Positions 1 through 9,556 of a stretch of DNA of 32,000 nt are shown one piece after another; within the stretch, counting starts at the first letter, position 1; every line of letters starts with the position of its first letter. The position numbers and the translations under genes were made by a program. The stretch spans positions 187,053 through 219,052 of the forward strand of contig DATKZI010000026.1 of the NCBI GenBank assembly GCA_035528035.1, in the 5' to 3' direction. The DNA is from Candidatus Bathyarchaeia archaeon. GTDB taxonomy: Archaea > Asgardarchaeota > Heimdallarchaeia > JABLTI01. Under the pieces are notes generated by a model. It was not told the origin of the DNA and searched no databases. It saw only the letters and a program-made list of their open reading frames with translations.

Positions 1-1404
1 GAACAAGAGAGTAGTAAGCGGATTATAAATTCTAAAGATTATTTACAAAATGATGGAATAGCGCCAGACATAAAACGAGTAATTTTTGAATTATTAAAAT
101 TATTAAGAGAAAAACCAAAGAAAATATTACCAGAAGAAGGGTTGGAGCAATTAATTGATAATTGTTCAAAAACAGATATTCTGCGAGCAAAGGAAATAGC
201 AAGAAATGAAGCTCTTATCAAAATAATTGAAAGTTCACCGGATGATTCAACTGAAAAAATCAATCTTTTGAAATTAACTGAAAGAGGAGATGAATACTAC
301 CGAAGTTATTTGAATCTACAAAAACAAATTCCCTTAATTTCCATTACTTCTCTTGCTGTTGAGAAGAATTTTGAAAGAGATATTTTGGAACGTATGGGGA
401 ACGCTGATAAATACATTGAAGTAGGAAATTATGACAAAGCCATAGAAAATTTGTTGGAAATATCTGTGAGAATGTTAGCGGTATTACCAGAAGAGGATAG
501 ATTCAAGAATGGAAAAGAAGCTGCTAAATTACTTGAAAAGTGGTCCTATTTATCGTCCTCAAAAGAAACAGGCAATACTAGTATAGTTAAGCGATTATTC
601 ATGGAGTTTTCTCAAATAGTTGTAAATAGCCTTAAAACAATAAAACAACAAACAATAAAGACAGATGATTTAGAACAGAATTCCGAACCAAAGAGATCAG
701 CTAATGTTAGCAATAAAAAGAAGACAAGTAATAACAATGACACAGAAAATGATGATGATTTTGAAATTGATTTTAATATAGTAAATAAATCAGCTACTGA
801 ACCTGTAAAGATCGACCCATGGAAAAAACAAGTAGAAGTTATTGATGAAGCAAAGAGTAAAAATACTCAAACAACATCCAATGAAGACTCAAGTTTATTT
901 AAAGCCGCTGCAGCAGATCTACGATCAGCAGGTATGGCTCACATAGATGATAAAGGGGATATCTATAACCCCAAAAAAGACAATATCTTTGCCGATGATT
1001 TTTTTGAACGTGAACCTGATTTAGAAATTTTAAATAAAAATCCTTTCGCACCAATTAATGATAAGGATGATTCAGCGACAGTTATTATAGATAGTCAAAT
1101 AGCAAAATTGGACCAATTAAAAACAAAATTAATGATTCGAATAGCTCAAGCACTTGGAGTATCAGTTATTGATGATGAGAAATTCATCTGGCACGTTCTA
1201 GAGACCAGATATAATGGAAAACTAGATGAGAAATATACTATCTCAGAAATTGTTACCCTAATGAAAACCCTTTATCATGATGCAATGAATAAGGCATTAA
1301 TTTCCGAAATAACTTTCGCTAAAATTGAAAAGCTAATTTCTAGTGAATGTTTGCTTACTGATAATCTAATTATTGATTTGAAACAATATGTTCAAGACCT
1401 ATAA
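1..1404 (+). CDS. hypothetical protein, 5'-truncated at window edge (charged, Asp/Lys/Asn-rich; no domain recognised)
   Basis: Frame 1 is open from base 1 (GAA CAA GAG ...) to TAA at 1402-1404. The track's TTG start at 142 lies inside this open frame, so the true start is probably upstream of the window. Confidence 0.55.
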   Translation, partial: EQESSKRIINSKDYLQNDGIAPDIKRVIFELLKLLREKPKKILPEEGLEQLIDNCSKTDILRAKEIARNEALIKIIESSPDDSTEKINLLKLTERGDEYYRSYLNLQKQIPLISITSLAVEKNFERDILERMGNADKYIEVGNYDKAIENLLEISVRMLAVLPEEDRFKNGKEAAKLLEKWSYLSSSKETGNTSIVKRLFMEFSQIVVNSLKTIKQQTIKTDDLEQNSEPKRSANVSNKKKTSNNNDTENDDDFEIDFNIVNKSATEPVKIDPWKKQVEVIDEAKSKNTQTTSNEDSSLFKAAAADLRSAGMAHIDDKGDIYNPKKDNIFADDFFEREPDLEILNKNPFAPINDKDDSATVIIDSQIAKLDQLKTKLMIRIAQALGVSVIDDEKFIWHVLETRYNGKLDEKYTISEIVTLMKTLYHDAMNKALISEITFAKIEKLISSECLLTDNLIIDLKQYVQDL

Positions 1405-1929
1405 ATTGTTTTCAAGGGAATTTTTTTTCAACCTTTTTTTAATAAGACTGATTATTGCGTTAGTCCTAGCTTTAGGTATATTTAGTTCACTCGGTCGTAA
1501 GATCGATTTTATCGTTCTATCAAATGAAATTGAAACAATACCTATACCATTTATCTTTGCCATTTGTATTTGTTCTTGATCGGTTGGAGCTTGATATTCT
1601 TCAGGATATGCAAGAATGACTCGATGAGCAAATTCCCTATAGAGAAGTGGGTGGGTGATCCAAAGACCATTTTCAACTTCAATAAAGGTTATTTTATCAT
1701 CTTTAAAGGCTGCAACATCTATTCGTAATTTCGTTATTTCTTTTCCTGAAATGAATTTTATATCAAATAATGTATTATCCAAAACCAGCTCAGTAACTAC
1801 TACATAACCAAGTTGATGTAAGTGCTCTACAAGTACTTGAGCTATTTTTCTTTCCGATAATTGCGTTTGATTTCCTGAAGACATTTTATCTGCGATAATT
1901 AATGGAAAATTTTCAATATAAATTAACAA
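1399..1929 (-). CDS. hypothetical protein with a PD-(D/E)xK (restriction-endonuclease-fold)-like core
   Basis: 176-aa ORF with an alternative ATG at 1884 (MSSGNQ...). The segment SERKIAQVLVEHLHQLGY...RIDVAAFKDDKITFIEVEN resembles the E...D...E-x-K/N core of Hjc/NucS-like nucleases. This is a by-eye assignment only. The 3' end overlaps the convergent CDS by 6 nt. Confidence 0.45.
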   Translation of the reverse strand: MLIYIENFPLIIADKMSSGNQTQLSERKIAQVLVEHLHQLGYVVVTELVLDNTLFDIKFISGKEITKLRIDVAAFKDDKITFIEVENGLWITHPLLYREFAHRVILAYPEEYQAPTDQEQIQMAKINGIGIVSISFDRTIKSILRPSELNIPKARTNAIISLIKKRLKKNSLENNL

Positions 1930-1997
1930 ATAATTTGTATCTTATTTAGCTCTTTTAAAAGAAAAATAAGCTAATAATAGTTGAATCAAAAATAGGT

Positions 1998-2843
1998 TTG
2001 GGTTTAAACCAAGTATCAAATGAAGAAAAATTAGTGATAGCAATGATTGGAATAGGAAATTCTGAGCTGTTAACAACGGGTTTTATGGATAAATACCTTG
2101 ATTGGTTAATAAACATCCTAAAATTTACTGGAATGACTTTTAGCTCAATATTTCTAATTCTATTTATCATCTATCTTATAATTAATGTTTTACTCAATCT
2201 CCTATCAGATATTCCTATTATTAAAGGCGTCTTAAGATTATTAGAATATCTACTTATACCAGGACCAATTATGCATTCTGTATGGCATGTTTTTGCTGCT
2301 AAGAAACTCAACATTCAAACTGAACATCAATATAATTTTGGTTTTGCTTGGAGTCGATCAGCAATTAAATTAGTTGATCGTCTCAAGAATCTGAGAGAAG
2401 CTGTTATTTTCTTTTGGGCACCAATAATGAATATTTTCGTCATAGTTTTTTGGGTATTTCCTGGTATATTTCTTTTCCAATGGTTGGATTCACTTCTAGA
2501 TAGAACAGTTTTCTATTGGATATGGTTATACATTCTATTATCATTAGTGATTTTTGGGTTACCAAGTGTTTCAGATTTATTAAATCCATTACAGATTACC
2601 ATTGTTAAAACACCAGAATTTTATCTCTTCGTTATTTTTTACGTAATTCTTGCTCCTATAACACTTGTTTTATGGGGATATGGTATGACTATCATTTTTT
2701 CACTTGGATACGCTATTATTGCATTTTATGAAGTACATAAGATAGCGAAAAAGGAAGAGAATCGCTTGGCTAAAAGCCATGACAAAATATTACAAAAAAC
2801 AAAAACTGTTTACATATTAACTGATTCAAACACGCCAGAATAA
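1998..2843 (+). CDS. polytopic integral membrane protein, unknown function
   Basis: 281-aa ORF with a TTG start in the track; an alternative ATG at 2043 gives MIGIGN. It has at least 6 long hydrophobic segments. No catalytic motif is recognised with confidence. Confidence 0.55.
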   Translation: MGLNQVSNEEKLVIAMIGIGNSELLTTGFMDKYLDWLINILKFTGMTFSSIFLILFIIYLIINVLLNLLSDIPIIKGVLRLLEYLLIPGPIMHSVWHVFAAKKLNIQTEHQYNFGFAWSRSAIKLVDRLKNLREAVIFFWAPIMNIFVIVFWVFPGIFLFQWLDSLLDRTVFYWIWLYILLSLVIFGLPSVSDLLNPLQITIVKTPEFYLFVIFYVILAPITLVLWGYGMTIIFSLGYAIIAFYEVHKIAKKEENRLAKSHDKILQKTKTVYILTDSNTPE

Positions 2844-2865
2844 ATTTGTCATTTTTCAGAAAAAA

Positions 2866-3678
2866 TCATTTGGGTTGCTGTAATTGAGTGTATTCGTATA
2901 AACTAATTAGATCTTTTTGAAGTCTCCTGAGAAGAATGATTGGTGCTAAACGATCTGCTGCTAATTCACGATCAAAAACAATGAGTAGAATTTCAAGTTG
3001 TTTCATCACATAACTTGTATAATGTTGAGTGATTGGTAATTGCGGATTGCCTGATATAAGATGAATTGTACCGGTATATGTTTTATCAGTAATCAAAGTA
3101 GTAACATCCCATAGTAATTCCTCAGTTATAGGTACTCCTTCATCTTTAAGGCGAGTTAAAATAGCTTCCACTAAAGGTTTGATATTTAATAGTTTTTTAA
3201 TTTCTTTTATGATAGAAGGTTCTTCAGGAATGATCTTATACAATCGATATTGATTTAATAAATGGTATTTGTGATATATAGGGTGTTGAGTTGGAATAGA
3301 ATCAATTTTTGTTTTAAGTGAAGAACTAACATATTCACCATCAAAAGTAAGATTAACCAGATGAATGGCTGAACCAAAGGTTAAGAGATTTTTTCGCATA
3401 AACATATTTACAGAAGCATAAATATCACTATCACTCCAGATTTGAACCGTTTGTTCAATGGAAAATGGATCAATTAAAGTTAGTCTAAGATAGGGTTTTT
3501 TGTTTTTCGCTACAAGGTCTATAGCATCTTTTAAGGTAGCAAAAATACTTACAGTACCTGGCTTGACCATTTCTTTGAAGAATAATATCGGTTCAGAATC
3601 TATCAATTTCAATAACTCCTCAGTTTTTTCTTTGATGTTTATTCTCATACCACTTTTTAGAGATTGCGCAATTGACAA
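2866..3678 (-). CDS. hypothetical protein with a probable N-terminal OB-fold and a helical C-terminal domain
   Basis: 270-aa ORF. Residues ~38-125 (VKPGTVSIFATLKDAIDLV...YLRLTLIDPFSIEQTVQIWSDSD...FGSAIHLVNLTFDGEY) follow the alternating beta-strand pattern of RPA/SSB-type OB folds. Confidence 0.5.
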   Translation of the reverse strand: MSIAQSLKSGMRINIKEKTEELLKLIDSEPILFFKEMVKPGTVSIFATLKDAIDLVAKNKKPYLRLTLIDPFSIEQTVQIWSDSDIYASVNMFMRKNLLTFGSAIHLVNLTFDGEYVSSSLKTKIDSIPTQHPIYHKYHLLNQYRLYKIIPEEPSIIKEIKKLLNIKPLVEAILTRLKDEGVPITEELLWDVTTLITDKTYTGTIHLISGNPQLPITQHYTSYVMKQLEILLIVFDRELAADRLAPIILLRRLQKDLISLYEYTQLQQPK

Positions 3679-3722
3679 CTCCTTGTCTCGTATTCACTGA
3701 ACTTCTGGAACCACTCGGAAGC

Positions 3723-3730
3723 TTTAAATA
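3723..3730 (+). promoter_or_regulatory. archaeal TATA box (TTTAAATA) for the thermosome gene
   Basis: The octamer TTTAAATA lies 58 nt upstream of the ATG at 3788. The same octamer precedes the 5S locus at 19284. Confidence 0.5.
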
Positions 3731-3787
3731 TCAGTACAAATCAGCAGAAAATAGCAAATAATCACTTTTCTTGGTGAGAATAACAAA

Positions 3788-5425
3788 ATGTCTCAACAAA
3801 ACATTCCAATTATACTACTAAAAGAGGGCACAACCCGAACACGAGGGAAAGAAGCTCAAAAGAACAATATGAGAGCTGCTATGGCTATTGCTGAAGCAGT
3901 ACGTTCAACTCTTGGACCAAAAGGTTCAGATAAAATGCTTGTTGATTCTCTTGGTGATGTGGTCATTACTAATGATGGTGCTACAATTTTAGAAGAAATA
4001 GATGTCGAACATCCAGCTGCAAAATTGATGACTCAAGTTGCAAAAACTCAAGATGATCAAGTTGGCGATGGAACAACTTCTGCAGTAATATTAGCTGGAG
4101 CACTCCTAAAAAATGCTGATGCATTAATTGAAATGGGAATTCATCCATCCATAATTATTTCTGGTTATAAAAAAGCAACAGATAAAGCACGAGAGGTTCT
4201 CGATAAAATAGCTATCGATATTGATCCTCAAGATAAAAAGACTTTACTTAAAGTTGCTTCTACTGCATTAAATAGCAAAGTTGTTTCAGCTGAAAAAGAT
4301 TTAATGACTGAAATAGCTGTTGATGCAGTTCTTCAAATTACTGAGGAACGTAATGGCAAACGAATAGCTAATCTTGACTGGATTAAAATTGTTCAAAAAG
4401 CTGGCAAAGCATTAGGTAACACCCAACTTATTAAAGGTGTTTTACTCGATAAAGAAATAGTTCATCCAGGTATGCCTAAATTTATTGAAGGCGCAAAGAT
4501 TGCTTTAATTGATGATAACATTGAAATTCAAAAGACAGAGTTCAGTGCTGAAATAAAAATCGAAGAAACAAGCCAGATGCAAGCTTTCCTTGATAGAGAA
4601 CAACAAATGATCGAAGAAATGGTTCAAAAAATTGTTAAGTCAGGTGCAAATGTACTTGTCTGTCAAAAAGGCATAGATGATCTAGCACAACATTTCTTAG
4701 CTAAGAAAGGTATTTTAGCTGTTCGTCGTGTCAAGAAAAGCGACATGGAAAAACTTGCCCGAGCAACCGGTGGTAAAATTGTCTCAACAGTTTACGAATT
4801 AACAAAGGACGATCTTGGTGTTGCAGGCAAAGCAGAACATATGAAAATCGGTGATGATGATAATGTTCTTATTTCTGAAGGAAAGAATCCTCGTTCTGTA
4901 ACTATCCTTGTTAGAGGTGGCAGTAAATATATCACTGATGAAGCTGAAAGATCATTAAATGATGCTTTGTGTGTAGTTAGAGATGCTATCGAAGATGGGA
5001 AAGTTGTCGCAGGTGGTGGAGCTTCTGAAGTTGAAATCGCATTGGTTCTTCGTAGTCTTGCTGAAAGTATTGGTGGACGTGAACAATTAGCCATTGAGAA
5101 ATTTGCGGATGCTATGGAAATCATTCCTAAAACTTTAGCTGAAAATGCAGGTCTTGATGCTATTGATATCGTTACAGAGATTAGATCAAAACATACAGGT
5201 GTTGATGGACCACATTTTGGAATTGATCTCTTCAAAGGTAAAGTGGGTGATTTAACTAAATCAGGTGTTATCGAACCTCTTAGAGTAAAATCACAAGCTA
5301 TACGATCAGCATCAGAAGCAGCTGAATTGATTCTTCGAATTGATGATGTCATAGCTGCAAAATCAAAACCAGCTGGTGCCGGTATGCCTGGTGGTATGCC
5401 TGGTGGCATGATGCCTCCAATGTAA
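3788..5425 (+). CDS. ths: thermosome subunit (group II chaperonin, CCT/TCP-1 family)
   Basis: 545 aa. Hallmark motifs present: [34 protein letters not shown]. The C-terminal [14 protein letters not shown] tail is typical of chaperonins. Confidence 0.97.
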   Translation: MSQQNIPIILLKEGTTRTRGKEAQKNNMRAAMAIAEAVRSTLGPKGSDKMLVDSLGDVVITNDGATILEEIDVEHPAAKLMTQVAKTQDDQVGDGTTSAVILAGALLKNADALIEMGIHPSIIISGYKKATDKAREVLDKIAIDIDPQDKKTLLKVASTALNSKVVSAEKDLMTEIAVDAVLQITEERNGKRIANLDWIKIVQKAGKALGNTQLIKGVLLDKEIVHPGMPKFIEGAKIALIDDNIEIQKTEFSAEIKIEETSQMQAFLDREQQMIEEMVQKIVKSGANVLVCQKGIDDLAQHFLAKKGILAVRRVKKSDMEKLARATGGKIVSTVYELTKDDLGVAGKAEHMKIGDDDNVLISEGKNPRSVTILVRGGSKYITDEAERSLNDALCVVRDAIEDGKVVAGGGASEVEIALVLRSLAESIGGREQLAIEKFADAMEIIPKTLAENAGLDAIDIVTEIRSKHTGVDGPHFGIDLFKGKVGDLTKSGVIEPLRVKSQAIRSASEAAELILRIDDVIAAKSKPAGAGMPGGMPGGMMPPM

Positions 5426-5438
5426 TTTTAAAAAGCAC

Positions 5439-5454
5439 GAGACCTTTTGGTCTC
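5439..5454 (+). terminator. stem-loop plus T-tract downstream of the thermosome gene
   Basis: GAGACC-TTTT-GGTCTC is followed by TTTCTAATTTTTTATTT. Confidence 0.5.
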
Positions 5455-5524
5455 TTTCTAATTTTTTATTTCAAAATAATTTTTATGTGTAATAATAAAA
5501 AGAAAGAAAAAAAAATTTAAGAAT

Positions 5525-6088
5525 TCAGATGGATGTTATTGCTTCTAGTTCTTTTCTCAAATCGTCAATATCTTTTTCGTTCAAATCAACTTCTTCAGAT
5601 TCACCGAAATCACTAGTCTTTACAGAAATTGTTTTATCTTTGATTTCTCTTTCTCTTTGTTGTAAAAATCTTTTCTCTCGAGCTTGTAAATCGGATTTAA
5701 TTATCTCAAAGAAATTATTGAATTGAGCTAAATCGTTTGGTGGAATTACCCAATAACGATTGGGTGAAAAACTAAAGGATTCCATCCCTAAACCAAAAAC
5801 ACTTGAACGTAGTTTTATTAAATTGCTAAATTCACCCAAATATGTAACTATGCAAATATTTCCATCAGTTGTTACAGGTAACCAATCTATTGAATTTCTT
5901 GTTCTAACTAATGAAACAATTCTACGTAATTTTTTTTCTTTTTCCCCACCACAGTTTTGAAAAACCCAGAGTGAGCAAACAGTCTCATCCTTTTCAGGTG
6001 TTCCTTTACTGCTATCTGTAGGGATTTTTATATTGTCTATAGTGATGGCTTTATTGGGTTCAGTAGCTTTTGGATTCATATAAATCAA
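5525..6088 (-). CDS. hypothetical protein
   Basis: 187-aa ORF with an alternative ATG at 6079. It has a charged, coiled-coil-like C-terminus. No motif recognised. Confidence 0.5.
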   Translation of the reverse strand: MIYMNPKATEPNKAITIDNIKIPTDSSKGTPEKDETVCSLWVFQNCGGEKEKKLRRIVSLVRTRNSIDWLPVTTDGNICIVTYLGEFSNLIKLRSSVFGLGMESFSFSPNRYWVIPPNDLAQFNNFFEIIKSDLQAREKRFLQQREREIKDKTISVKTSDFGESEEVDLNEKDIDDLRKELEAITSI

Positions 6089-6234
6089 TATAGAAATATT
6101 CCTTTTAGTATTTTATGTTTTCTCAAGAGACATTTTTCCAAAAAGCTAAATTTGGTATTATTTTTCTTTGATTCTCGATAGTTTTTTATTTAATTTTAAC
6201 ATAATCCAATTTATTAGTTCGGAGAGTTTCTCAG

Positions 6235-7005
6235 GTGTCAATACTAAAAAATATTCCTGGAGTAGAACCATTCTTTTACAAAAGAGGGAAGGTTGGTTGC
6301 CTTCTTTGCCATGGTTTTACAGGTGTTCCTCATGAAGTTCATGAACTTGGGAGTTATCTTTCGGAAAAAGGGATAACAACAATCGGTCCTAGATTGCCTG
6401 GTCATGGAACTACTCTTAAGGATATGCAAAAAACATCAGCTAAAGATTGGTATTCTGAATATTTGAAAGCTTACAGTATCTTGCAAAAACATTGTCAGGA
6501 GATCTTTATTGGAGGTTTATCATTAGGTGGATTACTAACTTTGAAATGCGCAACAGAAAAGCCTGTTAAAGGAGTAATATCCCTAGCAACGCCTTTGAAA
6601 GTTAAATTTCCAACAATGACAGTACTCCCTCTAATTGCTCCTCTCCTTCAAAATGCTTCAGTTAAAAAAAGTAAAAGAGATTTGGAATACCAACAGAAAT
6701 ACGGTATAATTTGTTATGATAGAGATCCGATTGGACCAGCAAAATTCGTTGTTAAATTAATAAAAGAAATGCGAAGCAGATTGAAAGAGATAACTGCCCC
6801 AATACTGATCATTCAAGGATTAAAAGATTCAAATTGGATCATTAAATCAGCGAAAATATTAATGGAGAATGTTTCATCTCAAGAAAGAGAATTGGTTTTC
6901 TTAGAACAATCCCCCCACTGTTTTACAATAGGTCCTGAAAAAGAGAAAGTTAATGAAATCGTTTATGAATTTATTAGAAAGAAGTCTGACATTTTAGAAA
7001 AATAA
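6235..7005 (+). CDS. alpha/beta-hydrolase (carboxylesterase / monoacylglycerol-lipase-like)
   Basis: 256 aa with a GTG start. It has the oxyanion-type CHGFTG motif and the nucleophile elbow GGLSLGG (GxSxG). The length and layout are typical of Est/YvaK-type esterases. Confidence 0.85.
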   Translation: MSILKNIPGVEPFFYKRGKVGCLLCHGFTGVPHEVHELGSYLSEKGITTIGPRLPGHGTTLKDMQKTSAKDWYSEYLKAYSILQKHCQEIFIGGLSLGGLLTLKCATEKPVKGVISLATPLKVKFPTMTVLPLIAPLLQNASVKKSKRDLEYQQKYGIICYDRDPIGPAKFVVKLIKEMRSRLKEITAPILIIQGLKDSNWIIKSAKILMENVSSQERELVFLEQSPHCFTIGPEKEKVNEIVYEFIRKKSDILEK

Positions 7006-7911
7006 GTGGGAGCTGAAAACTTGACACTCAAATGGAGTTATTTACAGAATGCAAATGCAATGGATGTAGGAAGATATTTTGAATATGATGAAGATGCGTT
7101 GAAGCAATTTGATAAATGGTTATGTTTTTTGAAAAAACCAAAAACAAAGCTTTTAGAGATTGGCTCTGGAAGCGGGTATTTCACTAATCTATTATTGAAA
7201 CTATTCCCACAAATTGAATTATCTTGTTTAGAATATGATGAGGAATTAGTAAGAACACTCGCTAAAAAATTCGATAATAAAATAACGATCATAAATGAAG
7301 CTATAGAAAATACTTCAATAAAATCGAATACTTACGATAATGCTATTTCACATATTGTCATACATAATTTAAATGACCCATTAAAAGGAATACTTCAAAT
7401 GGCTCGAGTTGTAAAACCTGGAGGACATGTAGTAACAATAGAACCTTTACCTGCGAGTAGACATTATTATCCAAATAGTGATGTTGAGAGCGCTTTTGAT
7501 TTACTTGATAAAGTGCAAATGTACAAGTGTATCGAATGGAGCGCCAAAAACGATATCAATCCACAAGGTAATCCTTGGCAATATTGTTATCCAAAATTCT
7601 TTGAGGAAGTGGGATTAAAAAATATTACTTGTTTTGGTTGGACATCGATTTTTACTTTATCTGATGAAAGATTTGATTTTGATGAAAAGAAAAAATGGCT
7701 AAAAATGAAATATAATTTTATGAAAAGTAAAGAAGATGAAACAACTAATATCCTATTAGCAGCTGATAACAAAGAGGAAGAAATAAAGAAAGCTCATGAA
7801 ATTATTTACAATTATTATGATGAACTCCTAAAAGCATCAAAAGAACAACTAGCTCACATACATGAACAAGAGATAGTTCATCGAATTATTACTATAGGAA
7901 CTAAAAATTAA
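7006..7911 (+). CDS. class I SAM-dependent methyltransferase
   Basis: 301 aa. The SAM motif I LLEIGSGSGYFT and post-I LEYDEE are present, followed by VKPGGHVV. The GTG start directly abuts the upstream stop; an alternative ATG lies at 7060. Confidence 0.8.
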   Translation: MGAENLTLKWSYLQNANAMDVGRYFEYDEDALKQFDKWLCFLKKPKTKLLEIGSGSGYFTNLLLKLFPQIELSCLEYDEELVRTLAKKFDNKITIINEAIENTSIKSNTYDNAISHIVIHNLNDPLKGILQMARVVKPGGHVVTIEPLPASRHYYPNSDVESAFDLLDKVQMYKCIEWSAKNDINPQGNPWQYCYPKFFEEVGLKNITCFGWTSIFTLSDERFDFDEKKKWLKMKYNFMKSKEDETTNILLAADNKEEEIKKAHEIIYNYYDELLKASKEQLAHIHEQEIVHRIITIGTKN

Positions 7912-7939
7912 AAGATAATTAATTAAATGTAATGGAAAT

Positions 7940-7955
7940 ATGTAACAAGAAACAT
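7940..7955 (+). promoter_or_regulatory. putative PadR operator, dyad ATGT-N8-ACAT
   Basis: ATGTAACAAGAAACAT lies immediately upstream of a TTTATAA TATA-like element and 36 nt upstream of the padR-like ATG at 7991. Confidence 0.45.
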
Positions 7956-7990
7956 TTATAACGTAAAAGTAAGACCTCTTACTGATTGAC

Positions 7991-8419
7991 ATGTGGATTC
8001 TTGACGTAGTTTCAAACGCAGGAAAGATGAGTTCAATACAAGTAGCGATCTTGATGGAATTTGCAAAAAGTGGGAGTGAACCTAAAAAAATTCCTGAGAT
8101 AATAGCTGTTTTAGAGGAAGTTTTTAAGGATATTTGGAAACCCAAAAAAGGTACAATTTATCCAGCTATTCATCAACTTGCTCTCAAAGGATATCTCAAG
8201 ATGCATGCAGTGCAACCATATGGTTATTCGATAACTGAAAATGGATTAAATATAATTAATGAGGTTATCAAAAACATTAATCTTCAAATGGAATCATACA
8301 TGCAATATTACACCTATATATTGAAGAGTTATTCTGAACTTAATGAACAAAAAGCAAAAGAGATTAGCTCAGAGATAATCAAGACAATTAATACAAAAAT
8401 TAAACAGTTCTCAATTTGA
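7991..8419 (+). CDS. PadR-family winged-helix transcriptional regulator
   Basis: 142 aa. KKGTIYPAIHQLALKGYLK matches the PadR recognition-helix/wing signature (GTLYPxLxxLExxGxI). An alternative start at 8027 gives MSSIQ. Confidence 0.8.
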   Translation: MWILDVVSNAGKMSSIQVAILMEFAKSGSEPKKIPEIIAVLEEVFKDIWKPKKGTIYPAIHQLALKGYLKMHAVQPYGYSITENGLNIINEVIKNINLQMESYMQYYTYILKSYSELNEQKAKEISSEIIKTINTKIKQFSI

Positions 8420-8504
8420 AAATAGCTAATAAAAAAGAATGAGTAAGTTCTAGAAGAAAGCAATGAAAAAAGTACGAGTCAATTATAAACAGTATTAGAA
8501 AAGT

Positions 8505-8582
8505 TGGAGCCGTTAGAGGGATTCGAACCCTCGATCTACTGATTACGAATCAGTCGCCTTAACCGAGCTTGGCCATAACGGC
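8505..8582 (-). tRNA. tRNA-Thr (anticodon CGU), no intron, CCA encoded
   Basis: The reverse complement folds as a cloverleaf. Acceptor stem GCCGTTA/TAACGGC. D arm carries GG. Anticodon stem ACTGA/TCAGT with loop TTCGTAA. Variable loop is 5 nt. T arm GAGGG-TTCGAAT-CCCTC. Discriminator U, then CCA. Confidence 0.93.
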
Positions 8583-8836
8583 TATTTTCATAATTTCATA
8601 CGAATTATTTTTATTAATATCTTTTATTATACTATTAAAAATTATACTTTTCTTTTTAGTCTTTGAAAGATTTCCTTATCGAACACGAATCTTTTCAAAC
8701 AAAGATTTATCACTTTATAATTTTTGGTAACATATTCATCCCCAAAGGTTTTAAGTATTAGTTTCACGTAAAAACGTATTACCAACTAAGAATATTTTTT
8801 ATCGCAGGAAATGAACAAAAGGTGTAACTTGTAACA

Positions 8837-8995
8837 ATGAACTTAATCTCAGTAAAAATCCCAGAAACATTTCTTGAAGGTTTAGATGATTTAGTTCGTC
8901 TAGGCGTTTATCCGAGCAGGTCTGAAGCAATTAGAGTAGCAATTAGGGACCTCCTGAGAAAGGAATTGTGGGATAGTAAGCGTCATTCTACCTAA
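8837..8995 (+). CDS. ribbon-helix-helix (CopG/MetJ/Arc-type) DNA-binding protein, 52 aa
   Basis: ATG 8837 to TAA 8993-8995 encodes [52 protein letters not shown]. This shows the canonical RHH pattern: an N-terminal beta-strand (VKIP), helix, G-x-Y/F-x-S/N-RSE, then a second helix. It is below the ORF-track length cut-off. Confidence 0.75.
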   Translation: MNLISVKIPETFLEGLDDLVRLGVYPSRSEAIRVAIRDLLRKELWDSKRHST

Positions 8996-9071
8996 AGTAA
9001 CCAAAATTATTAAGTAATTATTTAAGATAAGATTGCTAATAATTTGTCAAGTATAAAGAAGTGATAAAGAA

Positions 9072-9491
9072 ATGGTCGTCTATTCAGCAGAAATAACCTT
9101 GGATACAGAAGAAGAAATACAGATAATCGATATTACTCTTCAAGTAAGAAATATCATAAAAGACTCAGGTATAAAAAGTGGTCTTGTGAATGTTTTTAAC
9201 CCTGGAGCAACAGGAGCAATTACAACCATGGAGTATGAACCTCGTTTGGTTGAAGATACTATTAATTTTATGAAAAGGATCATTCCTAAAGGTATAGGTT
9301 ATCAACATGATTACCAAGATGATAATGCACATAGCCATCTGCTAGCAAGTTTATTCTCTCCAGAGATAACCGTAACTGTAGCTAATTTTGAACCCATTTT
9401 GGGAACTTATCAACAAATAGTCTTCTTTGAGCTTGATACTCGAGGTAGAGAAAGAAAAATTGCTGTAACAGTAATTGGAGATAAGAAATAG
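9072..9491 (+). CDS. YjbQ/UPF0047-family protein (secondary thiamine-phosphate synthase-like)
   Basis: 139 aa. The family pattern is present: GLVNVFNPGATGAITTMEYEP..., NAHSHLLASLFSPEITVTV..., LGTYQQIVFFELD...R.RKI.V. Confidence 0.8.
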   Translation: MVVYSAEITLDTEEEIQIIDITLQVRNIIKDSGIKSGLVNVFNPGATGAITTMEYEPRLVEDTINFMKRIIPKGIGYQHDYQDDNAHSHLLASLFSPEITVTVANFEPILGTYQQIVFFELDTRGRERKIAVTVIGDKK

Positions 9492-9556
9492 TTCTTAGAT
9501 TTTCTTATCTTGCATCTTTTTTTTTATTAGCTGATCATTAAGTGTGTGTTCACCCA

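Noticed and set aside
39-263. 74-aa minus-strand ORF
   Set aside because: It is antisense to the long frame that is open from base 1 and has no supporting motif.
1388-1579. 63-aa plus-strand ORF
   Set aside because: It overlaps the better-supported minus-strand CDS 1399-1929. It is hydrophobic low-complexity sequence generated by an AT-rich antisense frame.
4792-5409. 205-aa minus-strand ORF
   Set aside because: It is entirely antisense to the thermosome CDS. Its Pro/Ser/Ala-rich low-complexity translation is typical of a shadow ORF.
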